Shown here one piece after another: positions 1 to 9,720 of a stretch of 64,000 nt of DNA (within the stretch, counting starts at the first letter, position 1; every line of letters starts with the position of its first letter). Made by a program: the position numbers and the translations under genes. The stretch comes from an uncultured bacterium (lineage in GTDB: Bacteria; Verrucomicrobiota; Verrucomicrobiia; Limisphaerales; UBA8199), in contig CAVVMW010000014.1 of NCBI GenBank assembly GCA_963749495.1, positions 480,001 to 544,000 on the forward strand, in the 5' to 3' direction. The notes under the pieces are model-generated. The model was not told the origin of the DNA, did no database searches, and saw nothing but the letters and a program-made list of their open reading frames with translations.

Positions 1-97
1 TTGTCAGCTACGACAAAGACCTGCTGGCCCTCCATAAGCCCTTCGGCCTCCCCGTCATGCGGCCGGCCGCCTTTCTGGTTTGGATGGAACCCCGCCA

Positions 98-432
98 CTA
101 AAGCGAGCCCCGCTGCTCGGGGCGCATTTGGCCGTCGCCCAGGTGGCGGTGGGCGCATTCGCGAGTGCTTGGTGCCCAGGCGGAGCGCCGACTTGCAGTC
201 GGCTTAGACCGGACCAAGAGCAACGAATTCGGAAACGGGGTACGCGCAAAGCCGACTGCAAGTCGGCGCTCCACCAAGCACTCGCGAATGCGCCCAGGTG
301 GCGGTTGCCCGCCAGGACGCCGACGAAGATCTCGGTTAACGCCACCGAGATGCCCAACCGGATCGAGGTGAGGCTGGCCACCAACGCCAACCCCATCCAG
401 AGTGCTGCAACAAACCAAATATTCTCAGACAT
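98..432 (-). pseudogene. N-terminal remnant of a cation/H+ antiporter (Na+/H+ exchanger family), interrupted by the MITE
   Basis: MSENIWFVAALWMGLALVASLTSIRLGISVALTEIFVGVLAGN resembles the first helices of riboswitch-associated CPA antiporters; the frame still stops at 98 after in silico MITE removal. Confidence 0.75.
151..295. mobile_element. 145-bp MITE with 24-bp perfect terminal inverted repeats, 10-bp target duplication and internal REP-like doublet
   Basis: TIR gggcgcattcgcgagtgcttggtg (151-174) / caccaagcactcgcgaatgcgccc (272-295); direct repeat aggtggcggt at 141-150 and 296-305; inner inverted pair ggagcgccgacttgcagtcggctt / aagccgactgcaagtcggcgctcc. Confidence 0.9.
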
Positions 433-463
433 AACTCCCACCTCGCCACATCCTGTGGCGCTG

Positions 464-538
464 GTAGGAGTCATCAGCACTGAAACCGTTCAGGCGGTTT
501 TCCCCGAAGCCCTTGAGGGGAAGGCAAACTCCATTGCC
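464..538 (-). ncRNA. Fluoride riboswitch (crcB motif)
   Basis: Minus strand reads GGCAATGGAGTTTGCC...AAACCGCC...GCTGATGACTCCTAC, matching the fluoride riboswitch consensus including the GGAGT/ACTCC pseudoknot; lies 32 nt upstream of the antiporter ATG. Confidence 0.92.
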
Positions 539-600
539 GCAGTAATCTTCGCGCCGAATGCCCGCGCTGGCAACTAAAATTGTGCTGGCGTGTGCGCATG

Positions 601-624
601 GGGCGCATTCGCGAGTGCTTGGTG
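601..624 (+). repeat. Solo copy of the MITE terminal inverted repeat
   Basis: Identical to 151-174. Confidence 0.85.
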
Positions 625-644
625 CTAAGGTTGGCCGCGCGACC

Positions 645-884
645 ATGAATTATCTCGAACATCTCGAACGGCGGCGCGACCTGTGCGGCGGCGAACTGGT
701 CGTCAGGGGCACCCGCGTGACGGTGCGCACGTTGCTCGCCAGCCTGTCCGAAGGCGCGAGGCAGGAGGAAATCCTCGCCGACTTCCCGACGGTCCCGGTG
801 GAAGCGTTGCGCGCGGTCATCGCCTTTGCCGCGGCGTCCGCGGCGGAAGATATGCCCGTATCGCCCTTGCCGGCCGCCGCATGA
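645..884 (+). CDS. DUF433-family antitoxin
   Basis: CGGELVVRGTRVTVRTLLASLSEG...EEILADFP...LRAVIAFAA. Confidence 0.9.
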   Translation: MNYLEHLERRRDLCGGELVVRGTRVTVRTLLASLSEGARQEEILADFPTVPVEALRAVIAFAAASAAEDMPVSPLPAAA

Positions 885-916
885 AAATCAAGTTGGACGA
901 GAATCTGCCGGAAGCG
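881..916 (+). pseudogene. First ~11 codons of a DUF5615 PIN-like toxin
   Basis: MKIKLDENLPE starts with an ATGA overlap on the DUF433 stop, then similarity is lost. Confidence 0.7.
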
Positions 917-934
917 TTTCGCAACGAGAACGTG

Positions 935-1010
935 GAATCATGGCGTCCCCGTAGCCGGCGTCCACCTCCGCCTCCACTGGGTACGCTTCGATGCCGTTGA
1001 CGGCCGCCGA
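935..1010 (-). pseudogene. comM: ComM/YifB Mg-chelatase-like ATPase, N-terminal fragment
   Basis: SAAVNGIEAYPVEAEVDAGYGD. Confidence 0.75.
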
Positions 1011-1213
1011 GGTGGTCTGTCCTCCCCCAGCGAGGTCTCCATTGATGAAGAGTCTCTGGGCGTGGGACGTGCCGTCCAAGCTCACCGTGGCGTGGAGGGT
1101 CTCTGCGGCCAGAATTTGCTTGCCACTCAGGCTGCGCGAACCGAGGCTTTGGCATGGACAGAGCCAGAGCCTTTGCCGCAAGACCACAACGACCGCCGGC
1201 GAGTGCGGGGGAT

Positions 1214-1426
1214 GTGCAAGAACTCATCCAACAGCACCCCGGCGAGTGGCTGGCGATACACGTCAAGACCGAAACCGGCGGCCGACCAAAGGCAGGCCGG
1301 TTAGTCTGCCACTCGAGAGATCGAGACGCGGTGTGGCGGAAGACAAAAAACCGACGCCGATTGTATATCGTCTATGCCGGGCCACCCCTCCAGGATGGTT
1401 ACGCTGCGGCGTTCTTGACTCTGTGA
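1214..1426 (+). CDS. Small DUF5678-like protein, partner of the downstream aspartyl protease
   Basis: ELIQQHPGEWLAI...GRLVCHSRDRDAV pattern; GTGA overlap with the next gene; start uncertain. Confidence 0.6.
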   Translation: MQELIQQHPGEWLAIHVKTETGGRPKAGRLVCHSRDRDAVWRKTKNRRRLYIVYAGPPLQDGYAAAFLTL

Positions 1427-1872
1427 AGCTTGACCCCCACGCGGGCCTTATCGTGCTGGAGGTCGAGGTCTTCAGGCGCGCCAAGAGTCGCATCGTGCGG
1501 ATGGCCTTGGATACGGGGGCTACCTACGTGATGGTGCCATTTCATCTCCTGGAGGCGCTGGGCTATGCCCCCCGGAACGCCCGCAGGAAGCTCTCCATCA
1601 CCACAGCCAGCGGCACTAAGACCGCCCCCCTCGTGAACTTAGACAAGCTCAAAGCCATGGGAAGAACCGTCGCGGCGGTTCCAGCCATTTGCCACGACCT
1701 CCCGCGACAAAGCCCGGTGGACGGGCTGCTGGGCCTGTCATTCCTCAAATGGTTTGACGTTGATCTTCACTTTCGAACGCGAACGCTCAGGTTGAGCGGC
1801 CCTTCGAGAAAGCTCGGCTCATCACGCGGTCCCGCGACTCTTTCACCGCCGCATCCGGCAGGCCAACGATGA
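1423..1872 (+). CDS. Retropepsin-like (clan AA) aspartyl protease
   Basis: ALDTGATYV and DGLLGLSFL motifs; the C-terminal tail runs into a comM remnant. Confidence 0.85.
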   Translation: MKLDPHAGLIVLEVEVFRRAKSRIVRMALDTGATYVMVPFHLLEALGYAPRNARRKLSITTASGTKTAPLVNLDKLKAMGRTVAAVPAICHDLPRQSPVDGLLGLSFLKWFDVDLHFRTRTLRLSGPSRKLGSSRGPATLSPPHPAGQR

Positions 1873-1882
1873 CAATATTATC
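1820..1882 (-). pseudogene. comM: ComM/YifB fragment 2
   Basis: IVIVGLPDAAVKESRDRV. Confidence 0.8.
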
Positions 1883-2092
1883 TTGTATTCTCCGTATGCC
1901 CGAAGCCGCTGTGTAAGTTACTGCCTTGCAATCCATTACGTCTGGTGAGGTCGTTGGTTTGGCTTTTTCCGGGCCAGAAAAGTCCTCAAATCGGTTGGGT
2001 GAAATGCCCCCAACGCCCAGTTCATCAGTTGGATGGAAGGGCCTGTTCCTGCCAAAGTTCGACATGTGGACGGCACCTCGTGGCCTATCGTC

Positions 2093-2286
2093 CTCAAAAC
2101 CGTCGTGGCCCTGGGTGGTATCGGCCCCAATGTGCTGCTTATCGGTCCTCCGGGCGCGGGCAAACCGATGCTGGCCAAGCGATTGGCCACGATCCCGCCG
2201 CCGCTCGCGCTCGAGGAGGCCCTCGAGACGAGCAAGATTCACAGCCCTCCCAATTCATGCTGGTGGCGGCGATGAACCCGGCTGCC
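2093..2286 (+). pseudogene. comM: ComM/YifB AAA+ fragment (Walker A region joined to the MLVAAMNP motif)
   Basis: [39 protein letters not shown] followed directly by [10 protein letters not shown]. Confidence 0.85.
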
Positions 2287-2538
2287 TTCGGCGAGGCCAG
2301 TTGCATAAACTGCTGAATGCAAGTTGCTGTAACTGAGGTCTATGCCAAGTACTCCGGCTAGGCAACCTCGGTCGCGAGTCTCGGAAAATGAACCGAGCCA
2401 TGGTTTGACCCTGTTCCCGGCGGCTGCCGTGTGCGGTGTGAACCTGCACCGTCCGATGGGTGAGGCCGGCGAGGCCCCGCAGCCCTGTTAGTGCCGGACG
2501 CCGTTGCGGCAGGGGACATCAACTGCCGCTCCCGCGCC

Positions 2539-5500
2539 TCACGGCCATCTGAGGCGATAGAAACGGGCGGGATAATTCGTCCACTGCGGGTCCCAGAAAT
2601 AGGATGAGCCGCTGCTAAGGGTGTTCGTCGCCACCGGATACCAGACGGAATTGGCGAGATTCGTGCTGGCCTCCACCACGACGGTCATGCCGCCGGCCCA
2701 GTTAATGGTGAACCCAAAGCGATTGGTCCTGACACCGAAGCTGGCGAAGGTAACTTGCGGCGGGGACCACAGCGCGGTGGGAAGACCGGCAAACGCCGTG
2801 CCCCATCCCTTGGTCCCAGGCAGGTAATAGACCGTCGCGTTAGTGTCAGAAAGGAACGCAAGACCACTGACACTGGGGGCGCTACCCTCGAAATAGACGC
2901 TGGTGAGGCTGATGCAGCCATCGAACGCCTCGGCTCCGACGTTCGTGACGCTGCTGGGGATCGTGACGGTGGTGAGGCTGAGGCAGTCGTCGAACGCCGC
3001 GTACCCGATGCTGGTGACGCTGCTGGGGATCGTGACGCTGGTAAGGCTGGCGCAGTAGTCGAACGCCTGGACCCCGATGCTAGTGACGCTGTTGGGGATC
3101 GTGACGCTCGCCAGGCTGATGCAGCCCTGGAACGCCTCGGCCCCGATGTTGGTGACGCTGGTTGGGATTGTGACGGTGGTCAGGGTGAGGCAGTCCTCAA
3201 ACGCGCCGGCCCCGATGCCCGTGACCGGCACGAAATTGATCCCGCTGGGCACGGTCACCGCACCGCCGGCACCGGTGTATCCCGTGATCGTGATCGTGCC
3301 GTTGTAGTTCGTGTAAGTGTAGGGCACGGGTGGGTTCCACAGCACCGAATGAAGACCGCCAAACATCGTGCCCCAGCCAGTGGTCCCTGGCAAGTAATAG
3401 ACGGTCGCTTTGCTGTCACCGGAGAACACAGACGAACCAACGCTGGGGGCGTTACCCTGAAAATAGACTCCCGTTAGGTTCGTGCAGTCATAGAACGCCG
3501 AGTCCCCGATGCTGGTGACGCTGTTGGGAATCGTCACGCCGGTCAGGCTGGTGCAGCCAGAGAACGCCCCCTCTCCGATGGTGGTGACGCTGTTGGGGAT
3601 TGTGGCGCTGGTCAGGCTGGTGCAGTCATAGAACGCCGAGTCCCCGATGCTGGTGACGCTGTTGGGGATGGTGACGCTGGTCAGGCTGGCGCAGAATGCA
3701 AACGCGCTGTATCCGATGTTGGTGATGCTGTTCGGGAGCACCACGTTCGTGATGGAGGACTGAGCGAACGCACCTTCTCCAATGCTGGTGACCGGCAGGC
3801 CATTGATCGCGCTCGGAATAATCACCGAACCGCCGGGACTGGTGTATGCTGTGATGGTGACCGCGCCGTTAGTGGTCGCGCAGGCGTAGCCCGGCGGCGC
3901 CGGGAACCACAGGACGGCTGGGAGACCGCCAAACGTCCTCCCCCAGCCAGTGGTCCCTGCCAAGTAATAGACGGTCGCATTGCTGTCACCGGAGAACACA
4001 TACCAACCAACGTTGGGGGCGTTACCCTGAAAATAGACTCCCGTTAGGTTGGTGCAGTCATTGAACGCCGAGTCCCCGATGCTGGTGACGCTGTTGGCGA
4101 TGGTGACGTTGCCCAGGCTGATGCAGCCCTGGAACGTCTCGGCCCCGATGTTGGTGACGCTGTTGGGGATGGTGACGCTGGTCAGACCGCTGCCAGAGAA
4201 CGCCGAGTCCCCGATGTTGGTCACGCTGTTGGGAATCGTCACGCCGGTCAGGCTGGTGCAGCCAGAGAACGCCCCGTCCCCGATGCTCGTGACGCTGTTG
4301 GGGATGCTGACGCTGGTCAGACCGCTGCCAGAGAACGTCGAGTCCCCGATGCTGGCGAGGCCGTTGCCTATCGTGATGCTGGTGAGGAAACTGCACCCGT
4401 CGAATGCGTCCTGCCCGATGCTGGTGACGCTGTTGGGGATGGTGACGCTGGTGAGGGGGCAGTCAGAGAACGCCCAGTCCCCGATGCTGGTGACGCTGTT
4501 GGGGATGGTGATGCTGGTGAGGGCGCAGTCATAGAACGCCGAGTCCCCCATGGTGATCACGCTGTTGGGGACAGTGACGCTGGTCAGGCTGTAGCACTGA
4601 GCAAACGCGTCGTCCCCAATGCTGGTCACGCTGCTGGGAATCGTGTAACTTCCGCGCAAGCCGCCCGGATATTGAATAAGAGCGGTCTGGCTCTTGTCAA
4701 AAAAGACCCCATCCACACCACTAAAGGCGGGGTTGAGTGCATCCACCGTGATCGCCGTCAGTCTGGTGCAGCCATCAAACGCCTGTTTCCCTATGTTCGT
4801 GACGCTGCTGGGGATCGTGACGCTACTCAGACCGCAGCCATAGAACGCCGAGTTCCCGATGCTGGTGACGCTGTTCGGAATGGTCACGCCGGTCAGGCTG
4901 GTACAACCAGAGAACGCCCCCTCTGCGATGGTGGTGACGTTGTTGCCGATCGTGGCGTTGGCCAGGGCGGCGCAGTCAGAGAACGCCGAGGCCCCGATGC
5001 TGGTGACGCTATTAGGGATTGTGACGCTGGTCAGGCTGGTGCAGTCGAAGAATGCCGAGGGCCCGATGTTGGTGACGGTGCCGGGGATCGTGACGCTGGT
5101 CAGTCTGGCGCAATAGAAAAACGCCCCCTCTGCGATGCTGGTGACGCTGTTCGGGATCGTGGCGTTAGTCAGGGCGGTGCAGTCAGAGAACGCCGAGCCC
5201 CCGATGTTGGTGACGCTGCTGGGGAGAGTGACGCTGGTGAGGCTGTAGCACTCATTGAACGCGTTGTCCCCAATGTTGGCAACGTTGTCGGGGATCGTGA
5301 CGCTGGTCAGACCGCTGCCAAAGAACGCCCCGTCCTCGATGGTGGTGACGCTATTGGGGATTGTGACGCTGGTCAGGCTGATGCAACGGTCAAACGCATA
5401 GCCGCCGATGCTGGTGACGCTGTTGGGGATTGTGACGCTGGTCAGGCTGGTGCAGCCGGAGAACGCTTCGTCGCCGATGTTAGTGACGCTGTTCGGAATC

Positions 5501-6060
5501 GTGATGCTGGTCAGCCTGATGCAGCCCTCGAACGCATCGGCCCCGATGTTGGTGACGCTACCTGGGATCGTGAGGCTGGTCAGGCTAGTGCAACCGTTAA
5601 ACGCCCCCTCCTCGATGGTGGTGACTCCGTTGCCGATGGTCGCGTTGGTCAGGCTTGTGCAGGCACCGAACGCATGGTCGCCTATGTTGGTGACGCAGTT
5701 GCCGATCGTGGCGTTGGCCAGGCTGGTGCAGCCAAAGAACGCATAGTCCCCAATGTTGGTGACGGTGTTGGGAACTGTGACGCTGGTCAGGCTGGTGCAG
5801 CCAGAGAACGCCCCCTCTCCGATGCTGGTGACCGGCAGGAAATTGATCGCGCTGGGGATGGTCACCGCTTCGCCGGGGCCAGTGTATCCCGTGATGGTGA
5901 TCGTGCCGTTATTCGTCGTGTAGTCGTATTGGGCCTGCACCACGCCGGGTAGCGCCAACAGCAACAGCAGCGGCAGCAATCTCCTGGCGGAGGCGGTTCT
6001 GAAACGCCTGGGCATAGCCTTCGGGCAAGCGCTCCCCGGAATGGAGGTTTCTGTTTCCAT
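2539..6060 (-). CDS. BspA-type leucine-rich repeat (LRR_5) secreted/surface protein
   Basis: Signal peptide; >30 repeats of SLTSVTIPNSVTSIGxxAFxxC in three blocks with YFxGNAP caps; C-terminal ...DPQWTNYPARFYRL domain; start may be 6015. Confidence 0.95.
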   Translation of the reverse strand: METETSIPGSACPKAMPRRFRTASARRLLPLLLLLALPGVVQAQYDYTTNNGTITITGYTGPGEAVTIPSAINFLPVTSIGEGAFSGCTSLTSVTVPNTVTNIGDYAFFGCTSLANATIGNCVTNIGDHAFGACTSLTNATIGNGVTTIEEGAFNGCTSLTSLTIPGSVTNIGADAFEGCIRLTSITIPNSVTNIGDEAFSGCTSLTSVTIPNSVTSIGGYAFDRCISLTSVTIPNSVTTIEDGAFFGSGLTSVTIPDNVANIGDNAFNECYSLTSVTLPSSVTNIGGSAFSDCTALTNATIPNSVTSIAEGAFFYCARLTSVTIPGTVTNIGPSAFFDCTSLTSVTIPNSVTSIGASAFSDCAALANATIGNNVTTIAEGAFSGCTSLTGVTIPNSVTSIGNSAFYGCGLSSVTIPSSVTNIGKQAFDGCTRLTAITVDALNPAFSGVDGVFFDKSQTALIQYPGGLRGSYTIPSSVTSIGDDAFAQCYSLTSVTVPNSVITMGDSAFYDCALTSITIPNSVTSIGDWAFSDCPLTSVTIPNSVTSIGQDAFDGCSFLTSITIGNGLASIGDSTFSGSGLTSVSIPNSVTSIGDGAFSGCTSLTGVTIPNSVTNIGDSAFSGSGLTSVTIPNSVTNIGAETFQGCISLGNVTIANSVTSIGDSAFNDCTNLTGVYFQGNAPNVGWYVFSGDSNATVYYLAGTTGWGRTFGGLPAVLWFPAPPGYACATTNGAVTITAYTSPGGSVIIPSAINGLPVTSIGEGAFAQSSITNVVLPNSITNIGYSAFAFCASLTSVTIPNSVTSIGDSAFYDCTSLTSATIPNSVTTIGEGAFSGCTSLTGVTIPNSVTSIGDSAFYDCTNLTGVYFQGNAPSVGSSVFSGDSKATVYYLPGTTGWGTMFGGLHSVLWNPPVPYTYTNYNGTITITGYTGAGGAVTVPSGINFVPVTGIGAGAFEDCLTLTTVTIPTSVTNIGAEAFQGCISLASVTIPNSVTSIGVQAFDYCASLTSVTIPSSVTSIGYAAFDDCLSLTTVTIPSSVTNVGAEAFDGCISLTSVYFEGSAPSVSGLAFLSDTNATVYYLPGTKGWGTAFAGLPTALWSPPQVTFASFGVRTNRFGFTINWAGGMTVVVEASTNLANSVWYPVATNTLSSGSSYFWDPQWTNYPARFYRLRWP

Positions 6061-6260
6061 AGTTCGAGAACAAGTTTGAGAGCCCAGGGATTCGCTTATG
6101 ATCACGTACTGGTCATTTGACGCGCTTCCTTGCTTGGGCGAACGGGCGTTTCGCGGGGGCATTTTCTTAATATTTCATCTGGAATCCGGTCCGTGCCCGC
6201 CTGCCCCTGGGGAATAACTGTGTCAAGACGACGGGGCGAGCCTGCTTGAAGGTCAAGCGG

Positions 6261-6388
6261 AGGCGCCCGCCAGGCATCAAAGCCACCGTGAGGTCTGGCG
6301 TACTACGCGGTCCCTGAAGATGAAGGCGCCTGCCAGGCATCAAGGGAACCGTGGCGTCTGCGTTACGAGGTCCTTGAACGTGAAGGCG
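6261..6388. repeat. Two imperfect tandem ~60-63 bp units
   Basis: aggcgcc(c/t)gccaggcatcaa...accgtg...gtctg...tacg.ggtcc.tgaa..tga occurs twice. Confidence 0.6.
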
Positions 6389-9207
6389 GTGCTGTCTTCG
6401 TTGTCCGTGCTGTCGTGGTTGTGTTGGCACGGACCGATTATAGGCAAGCCTGGAAGTGCGGTCAACGAGCAAATAGTCCTGGCCCTTTTTTGGCGGTTTT
6501 CGCCCTGCGGATGGGCGTTGGGTGTGGAGGCGGGTGACTGCTGCGTCCGGCGGTTGGAAGTTGCGCGGCACCGGCGGCGGTTGTCCGGTGGCGCAGGGGC
6601 AAAGAGAGGTGGTCGCGTTTTATTTGGCGGGGTTTGTTTTCCCGGATGACGTGGGGCCGGGGCGCCGGGGAGGTCAACCGCTTCGCCCTGGGGCAGGACC
6701 AACTCGCCTTGGCCTGTGTGTGGCAATTCCAAGGTCAGTTCGCGCCGGCCACGGGCTCCGCGAGAGCGCAGCCGCAGCGCGCCGCGCACGGTGAAGGCAG
6801 CCAGCTCGAGCTCTTGGAGGTCGGCCAGTTGGGGCCGGACCTCGAAACGCTTGAAACCCGGCTCCAAGGGCGCCAACCCCAGCAGTCCGTGGAGGGCGAT
6901 ATACGCGGGCACCACGTCGCAGTGGCTCCACTGTTCGCCGGAGTCGTGGCTGGCATGCCAGTCCTCCTGGAGGGTGTTGTTCTCTTTGACCGAACTCATC
7001 GTGGCCCAACGCTGGCGCAGGTCCGAGACGATGACGTCGGCTCGGCCGCACTTGGCCAGCGCCCATAACCGCCATCCGGCATTGCAGGGATAGGAAAGGC
7101 CCATCTCCGCCGGGCACTCTGCCAGCGAGCGCACCGCGGCGGAGGTTTGGCCTGCGGGGCATTGATCGTAAAGGATCGCCGTGGCCAGGGAGCGGTCGCA
7201 AGTGCGGGGAGTCTTCTCCTCGGAGAGCCAGGGCAGGTTGTTGACGAACAGACCGCGGTCGGCGCTCCAGAAGGCGCGGACGGCAGCCCTCAGGAGTTCC
7301 CGGCCGAACTGGGCGGCAGCTTCGGCTTGGGCGGGCTGTCCGAAGGCGCGACAGAGCGGGGCCAGGGCGTGCTCCATGGCCGCTGCGGCGTAGAGGTTAA
7401 ACGCGCACTGCTTGTGGCGCTGGCGCTGGTAAGCGACGTGGTCCATCCAGACGGAGGGGATGCCGATATTCTCGACCGGGAGCAGTCCGTCCAGACCCGT
7501 GAGCGTTTGAAGAAACCGGGCGAACCGAACCAGGCGCGGGAGGGGCTCCCGCAAGGCATCAAGGTCAGCCGTGTAGCGGTAGTGGTGCCAGCAATCGAAG
7601 GTGAACCCGACTCCGTGGTCGAGGATGGGTCCCCAATTGGTCAGGTCGAGCTGCCGTTCGATCAAACGCGCCAGACGATCATAAGCGGGCCAGCAGTCCA
7701 GGAAATAACCGTCCTTGGTCAGGCCCTGGCTCCAGGTGGTGAGGTAGCGGGCGACGAGCCGCCGTTCGCCCAGGGCCAGGTGGACGGCGTGCAATTGGTG
7801 GCCGCCATCGCCGCTGTACTGCTGGCGCTCGCGCGCCATGCCGTCCACCAGGGTCTCCTGGGCGCAGTTGTTGAGCGTGTTGAGCGAGGCGTCGAACAGG
7901 CGTTGGAGGGCCGGTTCATCACTGCGCAGGACAGGGGTGTTGGGCCAGGGGAAAACCCGCCGCCGGATGTGAACGTCACGGATGAGCACGGGGCCCGCGG
8001 CGCCGTGGATGTGCAGTTGAAGCCAGCGCGCGCTTTCAAAATCAAAAGTCTCGAAGTGGTTCAGGCCGGCCCGGCAAATGAAGCGAGCCCAGGAATCGAA
8101 GTGGGTGTTGAGCAGCGCCGGACCGCCGGGCGCATGCGCCTCGTGGACGAGCAGTTCTATGGTGGTCCCGGCCGGCGCCTGGATGGTAAAGCCCGGCCAG
8201 CCGACGACCTGTTCGGCGAACTCGAAAGTGAGGGCCGTGCCTTGGCGGCCGTCCAATTCGAGCTGCCATTGGCCCGGGGCCACCTCGGTTGCAACCTCCG
8301 CGCGCCCGGCCTCGAAAGCACCGGGGGTCCGAAACTCGAAGTACTCTTGCGGCGTGACTCGCCAGCTCAGGCGATAGGACTCGGCGAGTTTGGCCGCCGG
8401 GACTTCCCATTCACGCAGCATCGGGATGCTCCGTGGACGCAGTTCGGTGTCTGGCGGGCCGTCTCCGGCGTTCAAGAGGTACTCATCGTAGCCGGCTGAA
8501 AGAGCGGGCCTGTTGGGTGACCCGGGCAATGGCATGGCGGCCAGCCAGCGGGGGTCCAGGGGGAAGCCGGGCTTATTCCAATCGTAGGGGTAAAGCCGGG
8601 CATCGAATTCCTCCTGAAGCGCGCGCAAGTACCACCGCTTGTAGTGTCCTGGGGGCCACGCGCGGCAAAGAAAGGACCGCCACGAGGGATCCGAGACCAG
8701 ATGCTCGAGATGGCCATCGGCGTGCTCGAGCTCGAGCCAGAACAGGAAACCCGGCTTGCCGATGGGCCAAGTGCCGTCGCCTGCGCCGTAAAAAAGGACC
8801 GTGGCCCCAAGGACATTGGGGCCTGGCTGGAGGTAATCGCGAAGGTCCAAAGGGTCGGCCTCCGACCACCGGGGATCACTGGGCGCCGGTCCCCACTGCA
8901 CACGCCGGCCATTCACCTCGAGTCGATACCGGCTGTCGGCGCAAATCCACCCCGTGGCCCGGCGGGGTCTGGATCCCAAAGTGAATTCGCGGCGGAACAG
9001 GATGAACGTGTTGGGCAGCGTCCGTCCCGACGGATACCAAATCCAACGCGCGGGCGATAGGTCAGGCAGGCCATGACCGTGTGCCGGAGCGGGGGCTATC
9101 GGGTCGATGGTTTGGCCCCGGCTCTGGACCTCGCCGGAGGCAGGCCTGGCCAACAGCAGGGAACTGCTCGTCAGGGCCGAGGCTTTGAGAAAATCGCGTC
9201 GCTTCAT
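6340..9207 (-). CDS. Tat-exported GH78 alpha-L-rhamnosidase-like protein; tail beyond ~6650 looks non-homologous
   Basis: MKRRDFLK Tat motif; ICADSRYRLEVNG; LVDGMARERQQYSGDG; TLQEDW...SHC; LGLAPLEPGFKRFEVRPQL. Confidence 0.85.
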   Translation of the reverse strand: MKRRDFLKASALTSSSLLLARPASGEVQSRGQTIDPIAPAPAHGHGLPDLSPARWIWYPSGRTLPNTFILFRREFTLGSRPRRATGWICADSRYRLEVNGRRVQWGPAPSDPRWSEADPLDLRDYLQPGPNVLGATVLFYGAGDGTWPIGKPGFLFWLELEHADGHLEHLVSDPSWRSFLCRAWPPGHYKRWYLRALQEEFDARLYPYDWNKPGFPLDPRWLAAMPLPGSPNRPALSAGYDEYLLNAGDGPPDTELRPRSIPMLREWEVPAAKLAESYRLSWRVTPQEYFEFRTPGAFEAGRAEVATEVAPGQWQLELDGRQGTALTFEFAEQVVGWPGFTIQAPAGTTIELLVHEAHAPGGPALLNTHFDSWARFICRAGLNHFETFDFESARWLQLHIHGAAGPVLIRDVHIRRRVFPWPNTPVLRSDEPALQRLFDASLNTLNNCAQETLVDGMARERQQYSGDGGHQLHAVHLALGERRLVARYLTTWSQGLTKDGYFLDCWPAYDRLARLIERQLDLTNWGPILDHGVGFTFDCWHHYRYTADLDALREPLPRLVRFARFLQTLTGLDGLLPVENIGIPSVWMDHVAYQRQRHKQCAFNLYAAAAMEHALAPLCRAFGQPAQAEAAAQFGRELLRAAVRAFWSADRGLFVNNLPWLSEEKTPRTCDRSLATAILYDQCPAGQTSAAVRSLAECPAEMGLSYPCNAGWRLWALAKCGRADVIVSDLRQRWATMSSVKENNTLQEDWHASHDSGEQWSHCDVVPAYIALHGLLGLAPLEPGFKRFEVRPQLADLQELELAAFTVRGALRLRSRGARGRRELTLELPHTGQGELVLPQGEAVDLPGAPAPRHPGKQTPPNKTRPPLFAPAPPDNRRRCRATSNRRTQQSPASTPNAHPQGENRQKRARTICSLTALPGLPIIGPCQHNHDSTDNEDSTAFTFKDLVTQTPRFP

Positions 9208-9474
9208 TTGGCAGATATAGGCAGACCCGACGGGCGCTGAAAAGCTCGAACCGAAGTCTCTCGCCGCGTGAAGCGTGGCACGAATTCACCCGAAGGCCCC
9301 ATAAGGCACGGGGCGGCGTCAGAGTGCTTTTTGTTGCTGACGGCCGCTCTCACAAACGCCACGGCGCAAACAACACCCTCCAATACCCACACCGACTGGT
9401 TCAGCCAGCCGAAATACGGGGTCTTCATCGCCTCGCTCTGGCTGCACCCAAACTCAACCGGGGCTTGGCCGCGG

Positions 9475-9720
9475 TCAGGCGACCCGGCTCGCGGCGCTCG
9501 GCCCCGGGCCGCTTCGTCAGCGCGTCGCCCAAAGCGGCGCGCGCCTTTTCTGCCTCGGCCTCCAAGCTGCTTCACCCTTTCCGGGTGCAGCGCGGAAACA
9601 TCGGTGGTCTCACCGATGTCGTTGACGAGATCGTAGAGTTCCTCCCTTTCAATCTTGCGACGCGAGTAAGGCGCCGGCACTCCATCCTTGCCGCGGGGTC
9701 TGCCGGCCAGAGCCTGCAAA
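9475..9720 (-). pseudogene. Sulfatase C-terminal remnant, frameshifted
   Basis: ELYDLVNDIGETTDVSALHPERVKQL. Confidence 0.7.

Noticed and set aside
2850..5830. Regular 66-69 bp repeats resembling a CRISPR array
   Set aside because: They are in-frame LRR codons; no unique spacers and no cas genes
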